The notes under the pieces were generated by a model. The model saw only the letters and a program-made list of their open reading frames with translations. It was not told the DNA's origin and searched no databases. The position numbers and the translations under genes were made by a program. From Dictyostelium discoideum (taxonomy: Eukaryota), in the NCBI GenBank assembly GCA_000004695.1, contig CM000154.2:3232001-3296000 (forward strand): 64,000 bases of DNA, in the 5' to 3' direction. Shown here piece after piece: positions 38,257 to 51,321 of the stretch (position 1 is the first letter of the stretch; each line of letters begins with the position of its first letter).

Positions 38257-41200
38257 TTAACCAAATTTTGGGAAATAATTCATTATTGTTTTCCAGTAAC
38301 TTTCTGGATGGGTTGAACAATGATTTTGATAAAAATGTATAAATAGTGTTCTAATTTGAGTAAGTCTTTGTTTTCTTCTTTCTTCAATCTCTTTGAAACT
38401 TAATGATTGACTATGATGACTATGTTGTTCATTTATATTTGATGTTGATTTTGATTTTTCATTATTATTATTATTTTGATTTTGATTTTGATTTTGATTT
38501 TGATTTTGATTTTGATTTTGATTTTGACCAACTTTATTAAGATTATTAATTTGATTTACTTTATTATTTGGTTGATTTTTGGTATTAATTTGATTTTTTA
38601 AAGTATCAAAATATTTATTTTCAAAAGAGAAAGCATTATCCCAACTTTGAGCTAAGCAATCACTATCATTATCTTCATCATCTGAAACCAATTTATGAGA
38701 TTTATCCTCTTCAGTCTCTTCACTTTGTTCACTACCAGTGAAACTACTAGATGGATGATAATTCTTTGGAGTTGAACCACCACCACTATTCAATGAACCA
38801 ATAATTCTTTTTTCAGTGAATGAACCCATCAATTGCCAACTACCACCAATTTCTGGTTCAACTTGAATATCATCATCTGATCCTCTTCTTCTCTTTGGTC
38901 CATTTGGTACATCCATTGGTATACTCGTACCTGAAGTTGCTGGTGATGTATGTAATTGGTGATGACCATGATGACCATGATGTCCATGATGTGATTGTTT
39001 AATCATAATAGATGATGATCCAAAACTACCAGCTATATTATTATTACTATTCATTGGTGAGTGAGAAATTGGTGTTGGCGGAGCTGATGTATTATTATTA
39101 TTGGTACTATTATTGGTACTATTATTGTTAGTGTTATTATTATTATTAAAATTATTATTATTATTATTATTACCAACTTTATTCATACCAATAAATAATT
39201 TTGGAGAATTATTTTGAGGAGTTACTGGTGCAGATTGAGAAATATCAATACCTTTTGTATTCCAACTACTTGGTGAAGAGTTTTTGTGTCCACCAATATT
39301 ACTATTATTATTACTATTTGATTTGTTTGATTTGTTTATATTTTTTACATTATTATTATTATTATTATTATTGTCTACAATATTTTTTCTATCTACATAA
39401 TTATTTACAATCTCTAATGGTTGTTGAGAATTTGAATTTTTACGATTACCAGTTGGAGTATTACCTTTATTATTTACAGATTGTTGTGATTGTGCTTGTT
39501 GTAACTGTTGTTTTAGTAATCCCATACCACTATTATTTGTAGTTTGTTGTTTTTCTTGTTGTTTATCTTGTTGTTTATCTTGTTGTTGTTGTTGATTTAA
39601 TTTATTAAAAGTATGAATTGAAAAATCCATTGAAGAGATGAAATCCAAGAAATAAAAACAGAAATAAAATATATCTTCACCTTTACCAGCTCTATCACAA
39701 AGTTGATGAGAGAATAAGAACCAATCGTAGGCAACCGTTAAAAAGAGCATTTCCCAATCCTTTAAAGATTGATGAACCTCACCATCAGCCCAAAGACTGA
39801 TTCTAAGTAATGAAATAAACAATGGTGTTCTATCCCATCCAGATATACAATGAACTAATAAACCAGATGGGTTATTATCATCAGATACATATTTTAATAA
39901 TAACTTGAAATAATTTTGTGTTAAATTTACTATTAAAAAGAGAAAAAAAAAAAAAAAAAATAATAGTTAATATATATCTATTTTTTTTTTATTTTTTTAT
40001 TTTTTAATATTAATATACTTACTTAAATCCCAAGTTTTATAAGATTCCCATGGTATCATTGGTAATTGATGATCTGGATGTAAATTTAATTCTGCTGGAT
40101 CTTCAATACCATCCCAAGAATAAAATAAATCTTTTCCACAATGTTGATTTCTATTAAAATCTGCAAAAAATTCTACACCAGGATAAGGAGTAGAAGAAAT
40201 TACAAAATCTTGATATCTTCGATGCATATCAACTTTTTCTGATGAACAAACAAAGAAACCAAACCTTTTTTTTTTTTTTTTAAAAAAATAAAAAATAAAA
40301 ATAAAGGTTAATGAAATTTGTTTTTATTATAATTATTATTATTATTTATTACTTACTTTTTCTTTTTATTTTCAACCATTAAATCACAAATGTATCTAAT
40401 ATTTAAATGTTTAATAACTAGAATATCATTATTTCTAAGATGTTCCATATCTAATTGTTGTTGTGCCTGTTGTTGTCGTATTTGAGTTGACTGTTGTTGT
40501 GCTTGTTGTTGATCATGTTGGCCTTCAACATGTGAATCATGATGTTGATAATGTTGATTAATAACTGAAGAAGTCATTGTACTATCATTTTTATTTAATC
40601 TATCAATATCAATTGAATCTTCAATCATACTATTAGTAATTGGATTATTTTGATTATTATTATTATTATTATTTTGATTATTATTATTATTATTAATTTG
40701 ATTATTATTATTATTTTGATTATTATTATTATTTTGATTATTATTATTATTACTAAACATTATAGATTGTGATAAAGAAGAAGTTGTTGGAGATGGAACA
40801 GAAGAAAATTGTTTTTTCATTGAATTAACACCAGATTGAAACATATATTCAATCTTTTGAGAGAGTGTTGAGGATCTACAAAGATTTTTATGATGATAAA
40901 ATATAACTGGAAATGGGAATCTTGTTCTTACACGTGCAAATCTAGATTGATCCAATAATTTTTCTAAATTACGAGAGAGTTCTGGATGAACGTGTTTATT
41001 CTTTTCTTTACATACTTTACATCCTGTCTCTAACTCGTGTTCAATAAAAATTAAATCTGGTGGGTATGTTGCGCATAATTCACCTTCTTTATTATTGATT
41101 AATGATATTTTATAATCTTTTTCAAATAATGTATTTACAATTTCTTGATATTTAAATAATTCCTTGTTTTTTTGTTTTGTTGTTGTTTTGTTTTAAATTA

Positions 41201-41762
41201 ATTAAATAATAAAAAAAAAAAAAAATTATTTAATATTAATATATATAATTATATAATATTAATAATAATTATTTTAAACTTACTTCATCTCTTTTACCAG
41301 GGAATGGTTGTTTATATCTTCTAAAATGAGCAAACATTTCGGCTAATTCAGATGCCAATGAATCACCACATGCAAGCGAGGGGTTAACTTCAAAAGAGTT
41401 CATTGTATTGGCATCGTTTGTCGTATTATCACCATTTGACGATATATCTTCAGAGACAACTATAGATGGTTCATCATCGTCATTGCTATTGATTGTGTTA
41501 TTATTATAGGAAACGAATTCTCTCTACTTATATTGCAAGTATTATTATTACTACTGCTGTCACTATTATTATTATTGTTTTTATTATTATTATTATTATT
41601 GTTATTATTATTATTATTACTGCTGCTGTTACTACTACTACCACTACTATCGTTTTCGACAGATTTTTTAGGGGATTGTGAACAAGGTGTATTTGAAGGC
41701 TTTATTGAAGAAATTAATTGTTCTGTTGTTGAGGATGGTGGTGTGCTAGAGGTAATTACCAT
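38257..41762 (-). CDS. Myotubularin-family phosphoinositide phosphatase (MTMR14/Jumpy-like, no GRAM domain evident). Four exons: 41285-41762, 40358-41162, 40024-40264, 38257-39929. The exon-1 copy contiguous here carries a frameshifting deletion.
   Basis: The catalytic P-loop is LVHCISGWDRTPLFISL (CX5R; compare myotubularin VHCSDGWDRT). The upstream motifs are GELCATYPPDLIFI and FPVIFYHHKN (compare ELCDTYP and IPAVIYRH). The N-terminal exon is S/N-rich. All intron donors are GTAAGT. The long Q/N-rich C-terminal exon ends at 38257. Confidence 0.65.
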
Positions 41763-41849
41763 TTTAATGGATTTGTTTTTTTAATGAGGTGAAAGTAATT
41801 GAGCGTATTCCTAGTGTGTGTCTTTTTTTTTTTTTTTTTTTTTTTTTTT

Positions 41850-41949
41850 NNNNNNNNNNNNNNNNNNNNNNNNNNNNNNNNNNNNNNNNNNNNNNNNNNN
41901 NNNNNNNNNNNNNNNNNNNNNNNNNNNNNNNNNNNNNNNNNNNNNNNNN
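41850..41949. other. Assembly gap (100 N).
   Basis: A literal run of 100 N. The sequence on either side (41130-41849 and 41950-43020) forms near-identical tandem copies. Confidence 0.95.
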
Positions 41950-42463
41950 TTCAAATAATGTATTTACAATTTCTTGATATTTAAATAATTCCTTGTTTTT
42001 TTGTTTTGTTGTTGTTTTGTTTTAAATTAATTAAATAATAAAAAAAAAAAAAAATTATTTAATATTAATATATATAATTATATAATATTAATAATAATTA
42101 TTTTAAACTTACTTCATCTCTTTTACCAGGGAATGGTTGTTTATATCTTCTAAAATGAGCAAACATTTCGGCTAATTCAGATGCCAATGAATCACCACAT
42201 GCAAGCGAGGGGTTAACTTCAAAAGAGTTCATTGTATTGGCATCGTTTGTCGTATTATCACCATTTGACGATATATCTTCAGAGACAACTATAGATGGTT
42301 CATCATCGTCATTGCTATTGATTGTGTTATTATTATTATTTGGTATTATTGGTGATATTGGACTTGGAATATCTTCATTGTTATTACTATTATTATTATT
42401 ATTATTATTTACATTTGGTTCATATGATACTTTTTTAAATTGCTTTGGTATATATGTATTTTC

Positions 42464-42505
<42 letters not shown>

Positions 42506-43020
42506 GTTATTGTTATTAGTACAATTATAGCTTTCATTTATTAAAATTTCGGATTTAGAATTTAATATCTCTTCATTTCTGCTGTTGTTATTATTATTGT
42601 CACAACTATTATTATTATTACTATTATTATAGGTTTCATTATTCTCTTCTACAGCAACTGCTTCTTCTAATGTTAAATCCATCATGAAAGGAAACGAATT
42701 CTCTCTACTTATATTGCAAGTATTATTATTACTACTGCTGTCACTATTATTATTATTATTATTGTTTTTATTATTATTATTATTATTATTATTGTTATTA
42801 TTATTATTATTATTATTACTGCTGTTACTACTACTACCACTACTATCGTTTTCGACAGATTTTTTAGGGGATTGTGAACAAGGTGTATTTGAAGGCTTTA
42901 TTGAAGAAATTAATTGTTCTGTTGTTGAGGATGGTGGTGTGCTAGAGGTAATTACCATTTTAATGGATTTGTTTTTTAATGAGGTGAAAGTAATTGAGCG
43001 TATTCCTAGTGTGTGTCTTT
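41950..43020. repeat. Segmental duplicate of the phosphatase exon 1, the first intron, and about 100 bp of the 3' end of the 805-bp second coding exon. The paralogous copies are 41130-41849 and 46880-47950.
   Basis: The three stretches are near-identical by direct comparison of long stretches. Each is followed by similar AT-rich spacer and then by a B-box/FNIP gene. Confidence 0.7.
42098..42958 (-). CDS. Intact copy of the first coding exon of the myotubularin-like gene (286 codons, MVITSSTPPSS...FPGKRDE, followed by a GTAAGT donor). It is separated from the catalytic exons by the gap.
   Basis: It is identical to 41460-41762, except that it retains about 352 bp (the FMMDLTLEEAVAVEENNETYNN...DDDEP stretch) that the 41.3-41.8 kb copy has lost. 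An identical intact copy exists at 47027-47887. Confidence 0.5.
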
Positions 43021-43553
43021 TTTTTTTTTTTTTTTTTTTTTTGGTTTTTTTTTTTTTTTAATTTATTTATTATTTTTTTTTTTTATTTTTTCTATTTTTT
43101 TTTATATTTTTTATTTTATTTTTTTTTTTTTTTATTTTGGTTTTTTTGAGTTTAACTTAATAAAAAAAAAAATAAAAAAAAATAAAAAAAAATAAAAAAT
43201 AAAAATTAAAAAAAAAAAAAAAAAAAAAAAAATAAAATAAAATAAAATAAAAAAAAAAATAAAGATAAACCTGAAAAAGAGAAATGATTATTTAAATATA
43301 CCTCTTTTTTTTTTAAGATTTAATTTTATATGTATTCAATATTTTTTATTTTAAAATTTAAATATCCATTTACAAACCAATTTTCAAAATTATTATTCAA
43401 GTTATCCAATAAAAATAGGCAATTTTCAATGACTAAAAAGGAAATACCATAAAGTTAAGATAGAATTAAATACATAATTAAGGAATTGATTTTTTTATTT
43501 TTTTTTTTTTTATTGGAATTGTTTAATTTAACCTAATGTTATTTTTCTGAATT

Positions 43554-45147
43554 CTATTTAATTATTTTTACATTTTTTGAAACATAAGGTTCAATTTGAT
43601 GTTTAAAACTTGTGAAAACTTTTACTTCCTTTACAGTATTAGGAATTGAACCAATTATTAATTCTTGTTTAATATCGCCTAAACGCAACGATTCAACACC
43701 ATCTGGTAATATACCTGGTGTTAATTTTTGATTGAATCCATCTTTTAAAGTAACACGAGTTACAGTATTAGGAATTGAACCAATTATTAATTCTTGTTTA
43801 ATATCGCCTAAATACAAGGATTTAACACCATCTGGTAATATACCTGGTGTTAATTTTTGATTGAATCCATCTTTTAAAGAGACAAGAGTTACAGTATTAG
43901 GAATTGAACCAATCATTAATTCTTGTTTAATATCGCCTAAATACAACAATTTAATACTATCTGGTAATATACCTGGTGTTAATTTTTGATTGAATCCATC
44001 CAATAAAGAGACATGAGTTACAGTATTAGGAATTGAACCAATCATTAATTCTTGTTTAATATCACCTAAATACAAGGATTTAACGCCATCTGGTAATATA
44101 CCAGGTGTTAATTTTTGATTGAATCTATCCAAGAGCATTACAGTAGATGGTAATTGATTTTTTAATTTTGATAAAATATTACAATTGTCTTTGAATGCTA
44201 TACCTTCATTCTCCTTAAATTTAAATGAATCATCCTCTATATAAACATAAAACTTTGAACTATCCCCTATATTTGGTAATTAGAATGATGTAAACATAAT
44301 TTATAAAAAAAACTGTATAAAGCTTACATTTAAAAAATTTATTTTTATTTTCATCGATTTCAATTATAAATCTACAATTATCTAAGGTATAAATTGATTT
44401 TAAATTATTTTTAATATCATCAATTATTTGATTATGGAAATGAATGATTTGATTATCGTATTCATTTAATTTATTTGAATTATTGATATTATTATTATTA
44501 TTTAATACTATTAATGATTGTTGATATTGTTTAATAATTTTAATTGTATCTCTATCAATAATAAAATCTTCTCCATTATCATAAATTTGTTGATCATTAA
44601 ATTTTATAATTTCATTTAATTTTTCAATAGTTGTAGTTCTATCATTTTCATTTTCATTATTATTATTAATTATAGTTGAAAGTATTTGATTATCATTATT
44701 GATTGAAGAAGTTATAATTGTATTTATTAATGTATTATTTTCAAAGGTTGTTTCTAATTGTTTTTTAATATCTAATTCTATGATTGAAATGATATCATGA
44801 ATTTTTTTAATTTCTTTTTTTAATGAATTATTATTAATATCAAATTGTGATTGAATTTCATTGTATTTATCATTTGATTCTTGTAATATTGTTTCATTGA
44901 TTTCTATTCTTTCAATTACTTTTTGGTATATATCATTTTTAAAATTATTCATTAATGAAAGAATATTTGAAGTTGATTCTAATGGATCAGTTTTATGACC
45001 ATGATGTTCACCTTTACTTGATGTACATTGAATACAACATGGTATTAATTTACAATCTAAACAAAAGAATACTATATCTTTATTTGGGTGAAGTGTACAC
45101 TTTTTATTATTATCAATATTATTTATTTTATTATGATTTGAAATCAT
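43554..45147 (-). CDS. B-box zinc finger / coiled-coil / FNIP-repeat protein, copy F2 (about 509 aa). Exons are 44328-45147 and 43554-44266. The intron is 61 nt (GTAAGC..ATAG), phase 1.
   Basis: The B-box reads [51 protein letters not shown]. The coiled-coil is [55 protein letters not shown]. The FNIP exon has 4.5 double repeats and ends KEVKVFTSFKHQIEPYVSKNVKIIK. The track start at 45222 (MVSHIKISGSKFFFFFF) is upstream poly-A read-through. The true ATG is at about 45147. Confidence 0.7.
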
Positions 45148-45906
45148 TGTGTTTGGGATTGGTGTGGATGTAAAAAAAAAAAAAAAAAATTTGGAACCAG
45201 AAATTTTTATATGAGACACCAAAAATAAAAAAAAATAAAAAAAATAAAAATAAAATCGCTTAAAAAATTAAGAAAAACAAAATCTTTTTTTTTTTTTTTT
45301 TTTAAAAAATAAATAAATAATTAAATATTTATATTGTTATTGATAAAAATTTAAAAAAAGGAAAAATATTTTGAATTCAATCGTTAATCATTTTTTTTTT
45401 ATAAAAAAAAAAGATATAATTTAATTATATATACAATGTTTTTTAAATCTCTATTTTTGGAACATTTTAATAGTAAATTAAATTTAAATATGTTTGCTGA
45501 CATTAATATGGCTGCTGAAATTAATATGCATGTAAATTAATATGGATGCTAAAATTAATATGGGACACACTATTGGCAATTTTAAATCACTAAAAAATAT
45601 CATCATGGTACAGCGGATCAATTAAATGGATTTTGTAATTTGAGGGTAAAAACAAATTTACTCAAACCTGGAATTAAATATACCTAAACCCATTCAAATG
45701 TTACCATTTGACGCCATATGGTAGTAAACTACTATTAATCATATTGATTATTTTATTTAAATTTTCAATTAAAACATTACAATGAGCAGTTTTGCGATGA
45801 TTTGCTTTTTTAAAACTCTGTTGGAAAATTATTAATATTTATTATATTTGATGTTATTTCTTCATTTTATCTTGTTTTGTCATGATTAGTAGGTTGGCTG
45901 TACCTG

Positions 45907-46441
45907 TTAACAGTAGTTTCTTACACTCTTTACAGTATTAGGAATTGAACCAATCATTAATTCTTGTTTAATATCACCTAAATACAACCATTCAACACTA
46001 TCTGGTAATATACCTGGTGTTATTTTTTGATTGAATTCATTCAATAAAGAGACACTCGTTACAATATTAGGGATTGATCCAATCTCCAATTCTTGTTTAA
46101 TATCGCCTAAACTCAACCATTTAACACCAACTGGTAAAATGCCTGGTTTTAATCTTTGATTGAATCCATCCAATAAAGAGACATGAGCTACAGTATTAGG
46201 AATTGAGCCAATTATTAATTCTTGTTTAATATCACCTAAATACAAGGATTTAACACCAACTGGTAAAATGCCTGGTGTTAATTTTTGATTGAATCCATCC
46301 AATAGCATTACATTTGATGGTAATTGATTTTTTAATTTTGATGATGAAATATTACAATTGTCTTTGAATGCTATACCTTCATTCTCCTTAATTTTAAATG
46401 AATTACCCTCTATATAAATATAAAACTTTAAATTATCCCCT
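45907..46441 (-). pseudogene. 3' fragment of a B-box/FNIP paralog: three FNIP double repeats plus the intron and exon-1 tail. It fuses at about 46441 to a myotubularin-gene fragment.
   Basis: ORF 45907-46308 reads LLDGFNQKLTPGILP... and ends SVRNYC (the type-II tail, as in F0). Upstream sequence matches the paralog intron, ...ctatataaatataaaactttaaattatcccct. It then switches abruptly to aatgttgattaataactgaagaagtcattg, which is the same as 40547-40580. Confidence 0.5.
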
Positions 46442-46446
46442 AATGT

Positions 46447-46543
46447 TGATTAATAACTGAAGAAGTCATTGTACTATCATTTTTATTTAATCTATCAATA
46501 TCAATTGAATCTTCAATCATACTATTAGTATTGGATTATTTTG

Positions 46544-46594
<51 letters not shown>

Positions 46595-47392
46595 TTGATT
46601 ATTATTATTATTTTGATTATTATTATTATTATTACTAAACATTATAGATTGTGATAAAATATAACTGGAAATGGGAATCTTGTTCTTACACGTGCAAATC
46701 TAGATTGATCCAATAATTTTTCTAAATTACGAGAGAGTTCTGGATGAACGTGTTTATTCTTTTCTTTACATACTTTACATCCTGTCTCTAACTCGTGTTC
46801 AATAAAAATTAAATCTGGTGGGTATGTTGCGCATAATTCACCTTCTTTATTATTGATTAATGATATTTTATAATCTTTTTCAAATAATGTATTTACAATT
46901 TCTTGATATTTAAATAATTCCTTGTTTTTTTGTTTTGTTGTTGTTTTGTTTTAAATTAATTAAATAATAAAAAAAAAAAAAAATTATTTAATATTAATAT
47001 ATATAATTATATAATATTAATAATAATTATTTTAAACTTACTTCATCTCTTTTACCAGGGAATGGTTGTTTATATCTTCTAAAATGAGCAAACATTTCGG
47101 CTAATTCAGATGCCAATGAATCACCACATGCAAGCGAGGGGTTAACTTCAAAAGAGTTCATTGTATTGGCATCGTTTGTCGTATTATCACCATTTGACGA
47201 TATATCTTCAGAGACAACTATAGATGGTTCATCATCGTCATTGCTATTGATTGTGTTATTATTATTATTTGGTATTATTGGTGATATTGGACTTGGAATA
47301 TCTTCATTGTTATTACTATTATTATTATTATTATTATTTACATTTGGTTCATATGATACTTTTTTAAATTGCTTTGGTATATATGTATTTTC

Positions 47393-47434
<42 letters not shown>

Positions 47435-47887
47435 GTTATTGTTATTAGTACAATTATAGCTTTCATTTATTAAAATTTCGGATTTAGAATTTAATATCTC
47501 TTCATTTCTGCTGTTGTTATTATTATTGTCACAACTATTATTATTATTACTATTATTATAGGTTTCATTATTCTCTTCTACAGCAACTGCTTCTTCTAAT
47601 GTTAAATCCATCATGAAAGGAAACGAATTCTCTCTACTTATATTGCAAGTATTATTATTACTACTGCTGTCACTATTATTATTATTATTATTGTTTTTAT
47701 TATTATTATTATTATTATTATTGTTATTATTATTATTATTATTATTACTGCTGTTACTACTACTACCACTACTATCGTTTTCGACAGATTTTTTAGGGGA
47801 TTGTGAACAAGGTGTATTTGAAGGCTTTATTGAAGAAATTAATTGTTCTGTTGTTGAGGATGGTGGTGTGCTAGAGGTAATTACCAT
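46447..47887 (-). pseudogene. Partial duplicate (5' fragment) of the myotubularin-like gene. It holds exon 1 intact, intron 1, and a rearranged piece of exon 2, with internal deletions.
   Basis: 47027-47887 equals 42098-42958, an identical 286-codon exon. 46660-46960 equals 40905-41170. 46447-46660 equals 40547-40765 with the (AAT)n altered. About 135 bp between two gataaa repeats is missing. The copy lacks the catalytic exons. Confidence 0.5.
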
Positions 47888-48630
47888 TTTAATGGATTTG
47901 TTTTTTAATGAGGTGAAAGTAATTGAGCGTATTCCTAGTGTGTGTCTTTTTTTTTTTTTTTTTTTTTTTTTTGGTTTTTTTTTTTTTTTAATTTATTTAT
48001 TATTTTTTTATTTTATTTTTTCTATTTTTTTTTTATATTTTTTATTTAAATTTTTTTTTTTTTTTTTTTTTTTTATTTTGGTTTTTTTTGAGTTAAACTT
48101 AATAAAAAAAAAAAAAATAAAAAAAAAATAAAAAATAAAAATTAAAAAAAAAAAAAAAAAAAAAATAAAATAAAATAAAAAAAAAATAAAGATTAACCTA
48201 AAAAAAGAAATGATTATTTAAATATCCCTCTTTTTTTTTTTAAGATTTAATTTTATATGTATTCAATATTTTTTATTTTAAAATTTAAATATGTTAAAAC
48301 ACTCTTTTTTTTTTTTTTTTTTTTTTTTTTTCAAGATTCAATTAAACACTGCCCTCTAAAGGAATAAAAGTAACAGTAATGTAAGTATTAAAAAAATTTT
48401 CAATATTATGCAAATTTCCATTATACTATCCTGATTTTTTTGAAATTTCAAAAAAAAAAAATATCTTTTTACAAATTATTATTCAAGTTATCTAATAAAA
48501 ATAGGCAATTTTCAATGACTAAAAAGGAAATACCATAAAGTTAAGATAGAATTTCCCAATTAAATACATAATTAAGGAATTGATTTTTTTTTTTTTTTTT
48601 TTTATTGGAATTGTTTAATTTAACCTAATG

Positions 48631-50518
48631 TTATTTTTCTGAATTCTTTTTAATTATTTTTACATTTTTTGAAACATAAGGTTCAATTTGATGTTTAAAA
48701 CTTGTGGAAACATTTACTTCCTTTACAGTATTAGGAATTGAACCAATTATTAATTCTTGTTTAATATCGCCTAAATTCAACGATTCAAAACCATCTGGTA
48801 ATATACCTGGTGTTAATTTTTGATTGAATCCATCTTCTAAAGTGACACGAGTTACAGTATTAGGAATTGAACCAATTATTAATTCTTGTTTAATATCACC
48901 TAAATCCAACGATTCAACACTATCTGGTAGAATACCTGGTGTTAATTTTTGATTGAATCCATCTTCTAAAGAGACATTCTTTACAGTATTAGGAATTGAA
49001 CCAATCATTAATTCTTGTTTAATATCACCTAAATCCAACGATTCAACACCTTCTGGTAGAATATCTGGTGTTAATATTTGATTGAATCCATCTTCTAAAG
49101 AGACAAGAGTTACAGTATTAGGAATTGAACCAATCATTAATTCTTGTTTAATATCACCTAAATACAACCATTTAACACTATCTGGTAATATACCTGGTGT
49201 TAATTTTTGATTGAATCCATCTTTTAAAGAGACAAGAGTTACAGTATTAGGAATTGATCCAATAATTAATTCTTGTTTAATATCACCAAAAAACAACCAT
49301 TCTACGCCATTTGGTAAAATACCTGGTGTCAATTTTTGATTGAATCCATCCAATAAAGAGACACGAGTTACAGTATTAGGAATTGAACCAATTATTAATT
49401 CTTGTTTAATATCACCTAAATACAAGGATTTAACGCCATCTGGTAATATACCAGGTGTTAATTTTTGATTGAATCCATCCAATAGCATTACATTTGATGG
49501 TAATTGATTTTTTAATTTTGATAAAATATTACAATTGTTTTTGAATGCTGTACCTTCATTCTCCTTAAATTTAAATGAATCACCCTCTATATAAACATAA
49601 AACTTTAAATTATCCCCTATATTTGGTTATTAGAATGATGTAAACATAATTTATAAAAAAAACTGTATAAAGCTTACATTCAAAAAATTCATTATTATTT
49701 TCATCGATTTCAATTTTAAATCTACAATTATCTAAGGTATAAATTGATTTTAAATTATTTTTAATATCATCAATTATTTGATTATGGAAATGAATGATTT
49801 GATTATCATATTCATTTAATTTATTTGAATTATCGATATTATTATTATTATTTAATACTATTAATGATTGTTGATATTGTTTAATAATTTTAATTGTATC
49901 TCTATCAATAATAAAATCTTCTCCATTATCATAAATTTGTTGATCATTAAATTTTATAATTTCATTTAATTTTTCAATGGTTGTAATTCTATCATTTTCA
50001 TTTTCATTTTCATTTTCATTTTTATTATTTTTATTATTAATTATAGTTGAAAGTATTTGATTATCATTATTGATTGAAGAAGTTATAATTGTATTTATTA
50101 ATGTATTATTTTCAAAGGTTTTTTCTAATTGTCTTTTAATATCTAATTCTATGATTGAAATGATGTCATGAATTTTTTTAATTTCTTTTCTTAATGAATT
50201 ATTATTATTATCAAATTGTGATTGAATTTCATTGTATTTATCATTTGATTCTTGTAATATTGTTTCATTGATTTCTATTCTTTCAATTACTTTTTGATAT
50301 ATATCATTTTTAAAATTATTCATAAATGAAAGAATATTTGAAGTTGATTCTAATGGATCAGTTTTATGACCATGATGTTCACCTTTACTTGATGTACATT
50401 GAATACAACATGGTATTAATTTACAATCTAAACAAAAGAATACTATATCTTTATTTGGGTGAAGTGTACATTTTATATTATTATCAATATTATTTATTGT
50501 ATTATGATTTGATACCAT
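48631..50518 (-). CDS. B-box / coiled-coil / FNIP-repeat protein, copy F3. Exons are 49678-50518 and 48631-49616. It has about 6.5 FNIP double repeats.
   Basis: [24 protein letters not shown]...B-box...coiled-coil. The intron is GTAAGC..ATAG. The FNIP exon (285 codons in the track) ends ...KEVNVSTSFKHQIEPYVSKNVKIIKKNSEK. Confidence 0.7.
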
Positions 50519-51154
50519 TGTGTTTGGGATTGGTGTGGATGTATTGAGAACCGGTTCTCAATCAATCGCACAACCTATTTATCAAACTAATCAAGGTATA
50601 AAAATGCAACTATAAATGTTACTATGTAAATACAACCATTCAACACTATCTGGTAATATATGTGGTGTTAGTTTTTGATTGAATCCATTTTTTAAATAGA
50701 CATGTGTCCCATGCCAAAATAAAACGAAACTTCATCTGTTAGTAACAAAAGAGTAAGCAGAAGAGTCAATAATTAAAATAAAAAATATTATTTTAATTTT
50801 TTTTTTTTTTTTTTTTTTTTATTTTTTTTTATTTTTTTTTATTTTTAATTTTTTATTTATAATTTTTTTTTTTTGTGAGCCGGCTAGACATAAATGAATA
50901 ATAAAAAAATATATACCAACTAAAAAAAAAAGAAATGAAAATAAATTATAAAATTAATAATAAAAATAAAAAGATAAAAATAAATAAAAGATATAAATAA
51001 AATAATATGAAAATTTTTTTTTTTTTTTTTATATTATTATAATTATTTTTTTTTAGTTGATATATATTTTTTTAATAATAATTTTAGTGCTAAAATTTTG
51101 TTTATATTTGAGATGATTATTAATTAAATGACTTTGACTTTTTTTTTTTTTCTA

Positions 51155-51321
51155 TGCCAAAATTACCATATTAATTTCAGCAGCCATATTAATTTCGGCA
51201 GCTATGTACATGCTGAAATTAATATGGCTGCTGAAATTAATACGGTAATTTTGGCAGACGTAAGTCCCATGCCAAAATTAATATGGCTGCTGAAATTAAT
51301 ATGGTAATTTTGGCATGGGAC
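51155..51321. repeat. Nested inverted-repeat (hairpin or MITE-like) structure built from ATTAATATGGCTGCTGAAATTAATA units.
   Basis: A 48-nt arm TGCCAAAATTACCATATTAATTTCAGCAGCCATATTAATTTCGGCAGC, then a TATGTACAT centre, then its reverse complement. A second palindrome follows: GTCCCATGCCAAAATTA...TAATTTTGGCATGGGAC. Related motif copies sit at 45495-45575. GTCCCATGCCAAAAT recurs at 50705. Confidence 0.6.

Noticed and set aside
41789-41984. ORFs containing runs of X
   Set aside because: They are translations across the 100-N assembly gap.
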